Source of the DNA: a virus
Lineage: Duplodnaviria; Caudoviricetes
Reading direction: 5' to 3' (one strand)
IMG/VR virus record: IMGVR_UViG_3300042923_001790
Coordinates: 1-45,145 of that record
DNA: 45,145 bases
A model generated the notes under the pieces. The model saw only the letters and a list, made by a program, of their open reading frames with translations, did not search any database and was not told the origin of the DNA. Position numbers and translations under genes: made by a program. Position 1 is the stretch's first letter. Every line of letters starts with the position of its first letter. Shown here one piece after another: positions 43,831 through 45,145 of this stretch.

Positions 43831-45145
43831 GCCGCCTGTGGGGTCGGACAAGATCCGGTATCTGGTCTTCGTACAGGGCAAGTGGCGCTGGCGCCCGACG
43901 GCCGCCATGAAGCGGCATGGATTTCATCTGGTGACCTTCGGCCGCACCCTTACGGATGCGGACCGCTTGAAAGCCCTGGCGCTCAACCGGGATTGGGATC
44001 AGGCGCGCCGCGGCATCGCGGTGCCGAAGAGGGAATTCCCCGTAGGCAGCGTCGGCGATGGCTATTCACGCGTCTCGGCGATGCGCGCCACGGATCGCAA
44101 AGCGCGCGGCGTCAAATGGACGTCGGAACAGGCGAGCCGCGACGACTGGCCAAGGGCATGGAAGTGGCTCGGGCCAGTATTTGGCGACACCGATCCTCGC
44201 ACCATCGAGCCCGAGACCATGCAGGACTTCCGCGCACGGATCGCGGCAAAGGTCTCGGATTCCGAGGCCTTCCGTACGATCAAGGTGTGGCGGGCGCTCT
44301 GGAAGAAGATGGCGGTCATGGGCTATTGCGACCTCGAGCGCGACCCGTCTCTTGCCAACGTCAACACCGCGCCGCCGCCCCGCGATGCCGTCTGGACCGA
44401 CCATGAAGTGAAGCGACTGGTCCAACGAGCGTGGAGGCTCGATTATCGTGGTCTCGCTGCATGCATGGCCGTCGCCTGGGATAGCCAGTTCTCGCCGGTC
44501 GACACTCGCACGCTGACACCCGCCCAGCGGCGGCAAGATGTCGCCGGCAGCTTTTACGCCGTGGACCGCGCTAAGACCGGCCGCGCAGCAGCGGGAACGC
44601 TTTCGCAATGGGCGGAAGCGATTCTGCAGGCCTATCTCCACTGGCTCGACGTCGAACTCATGGAGAATGCGCCGATCTTCCGCACAAGGCACATCCTGCC
44701 AACCATCAAGGGCGGGCGCTCCTATCTGCCGCGGCCATACACCAAGGATAAACTCGGCAAGGATTTCGCCGTGGTGCGCGCCGACCTATTCGGCGACGAC
44801 GAGAAGCGGCTGCTTTCGGATATGCGCCGGTCCGGCACTGTGGAAGCCTTCGCCGGCGGCGCCGAGCCCGGCGGCGTCTCGGTGAAAATGGCGAACACAC
44901 TCGCCGCTTCCAGCCGGCTGCAGAAGACTTACAACCCCGTAAACGTGGCCACGGTCCGGCAGGTAGATGAGGCGCGTGAGGTCGGCCGGGCACGGATAAG
45001 AGAACAAAAGGCCGTCGAAAGTGTCACGGCGCCGGTCCGGAAAGTATCACGGATTGTGGGAAGATCGACGCAAGTCCTTGAAAAGACTGGCGGGAGTGAC
45101 GGGGCTCGAACCCGCGACCTCCGGCGTGACAGGCCGGCGCTCTAA
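43808..45145 (+). CDS. int: Tyrosine integrase
   Basis: Catalytic-like residues DTRTL, AKTG, SDMRRSG (HxxR variant), KTY; adjacent to tRNA att site. Confidence 0.88.
   Translation: MSALPTCEPPVGSDKIRYLVFVQGKWRWRPTAAMKRHGFHLVTFGRTLTDADRLKALALNRDWDQARRGIAVPKREFPVGSVGDGYSRVSAMRATDRKARGVKWTSEQASRDDWPRAWKWLGPVFGDTDPRTIEPETMQDFRARIAAKVSDSEAFRTIKVWRALWKKMAVMGYCDLERDPSLANVNTAPPPRDAVWTDHEVKRLVQRAWRLDYRGLAACMAVAWDSQFSPVDTRTLTPAQRRQDVAGSFYAVDRAKTGRAAAGTLSQWAEAILQAYLHWLDVELMENAPIFRTRHILPTIKGGRSYLPRPYTKDKLGKDFAVVRADLFGDDEKRLLSDMRRSGTVEAFAGGAEPGGVSVKMANTLAASSRLQKTYNPVNVATVRQVDEAREVGRARIREQKAVESVTAPVRKVSRIVGRSTQVLEKTGGSDGARTRDLRRDRPAL
45088..45145 (-). tRNA. tRNA-Asp(GTC), 3' 58 nt (att site); 5' end beyond the window
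   Basis: Reverse complement TTAGAGCGCCGGCCTGTCACGCCGGAGGTCGCGGGTTCGAGCCCCGTCACTCCCGCCA: anticodon GTC, T-loop GGTTCGA, CCA end. Confidence 0.93.

Larger units (their letters stand above)
1..45145. mobile_element. Prophage (HK97-like head, lambdoid siphovirus tail) integrated at a tRNA-Asp; left part extends beyond the window
   Basis: Complete ordered terminase-portal-protease-capsid-neck-tail modules, cI/cro switch, integrase abutting a tRNA 3' end. Confidence 0.97.

Noticed and set aside
1-45145. Lysis cassette and left att site
   Set aside because: No endolysin, holin or second tRNA-Asp fragment recognised; presumably beyond the left edge.

Overview
The window is most of an integrated temperate siphophage (HK97-type head, lambda-like non-contractile tail) from a high-GC alphaproteobacterium; GapR, DnaA, DUF3572, an alpha-type LexA box and EcfG-type promoters point to a rhizobial-type host. 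The minus strand carries, right to left, cro/cII, replication genes (including a full-length DnaA), packaging, head and tail genes; the tail-tip gene runs off the left edge and no lysis genes are in view. The plus strand carries cI, an early accessory operon, an excisionase-like gene and a tyrosine integrase whose ORF ends inside the antisense strand of a tRNA-Asp (att site) at the right edge. The most striking element is an accessory cassette between the tail chaperone and tape-measure genes (about 7.6-10.6 kb). It holds a solo Cas7/RAMP-like gene, a coupled partner gene, and a hairpin-flanked non-coding array of three units, each GGCAGGC followed by 9-10 pentamers of variable NN plus near-constant GGY. 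Reading only the NN dinucleotides as a gapped code (NN.NN.NN) gives in-frame partial matches to this phage's own tail-tube (16/20) and head-decoration (first 10/10) genes. This suggests an RNA-guided, non-contiguous-code system aimed at related competing phages. All calls are by eye from sequence and motifs; no database searches were run.
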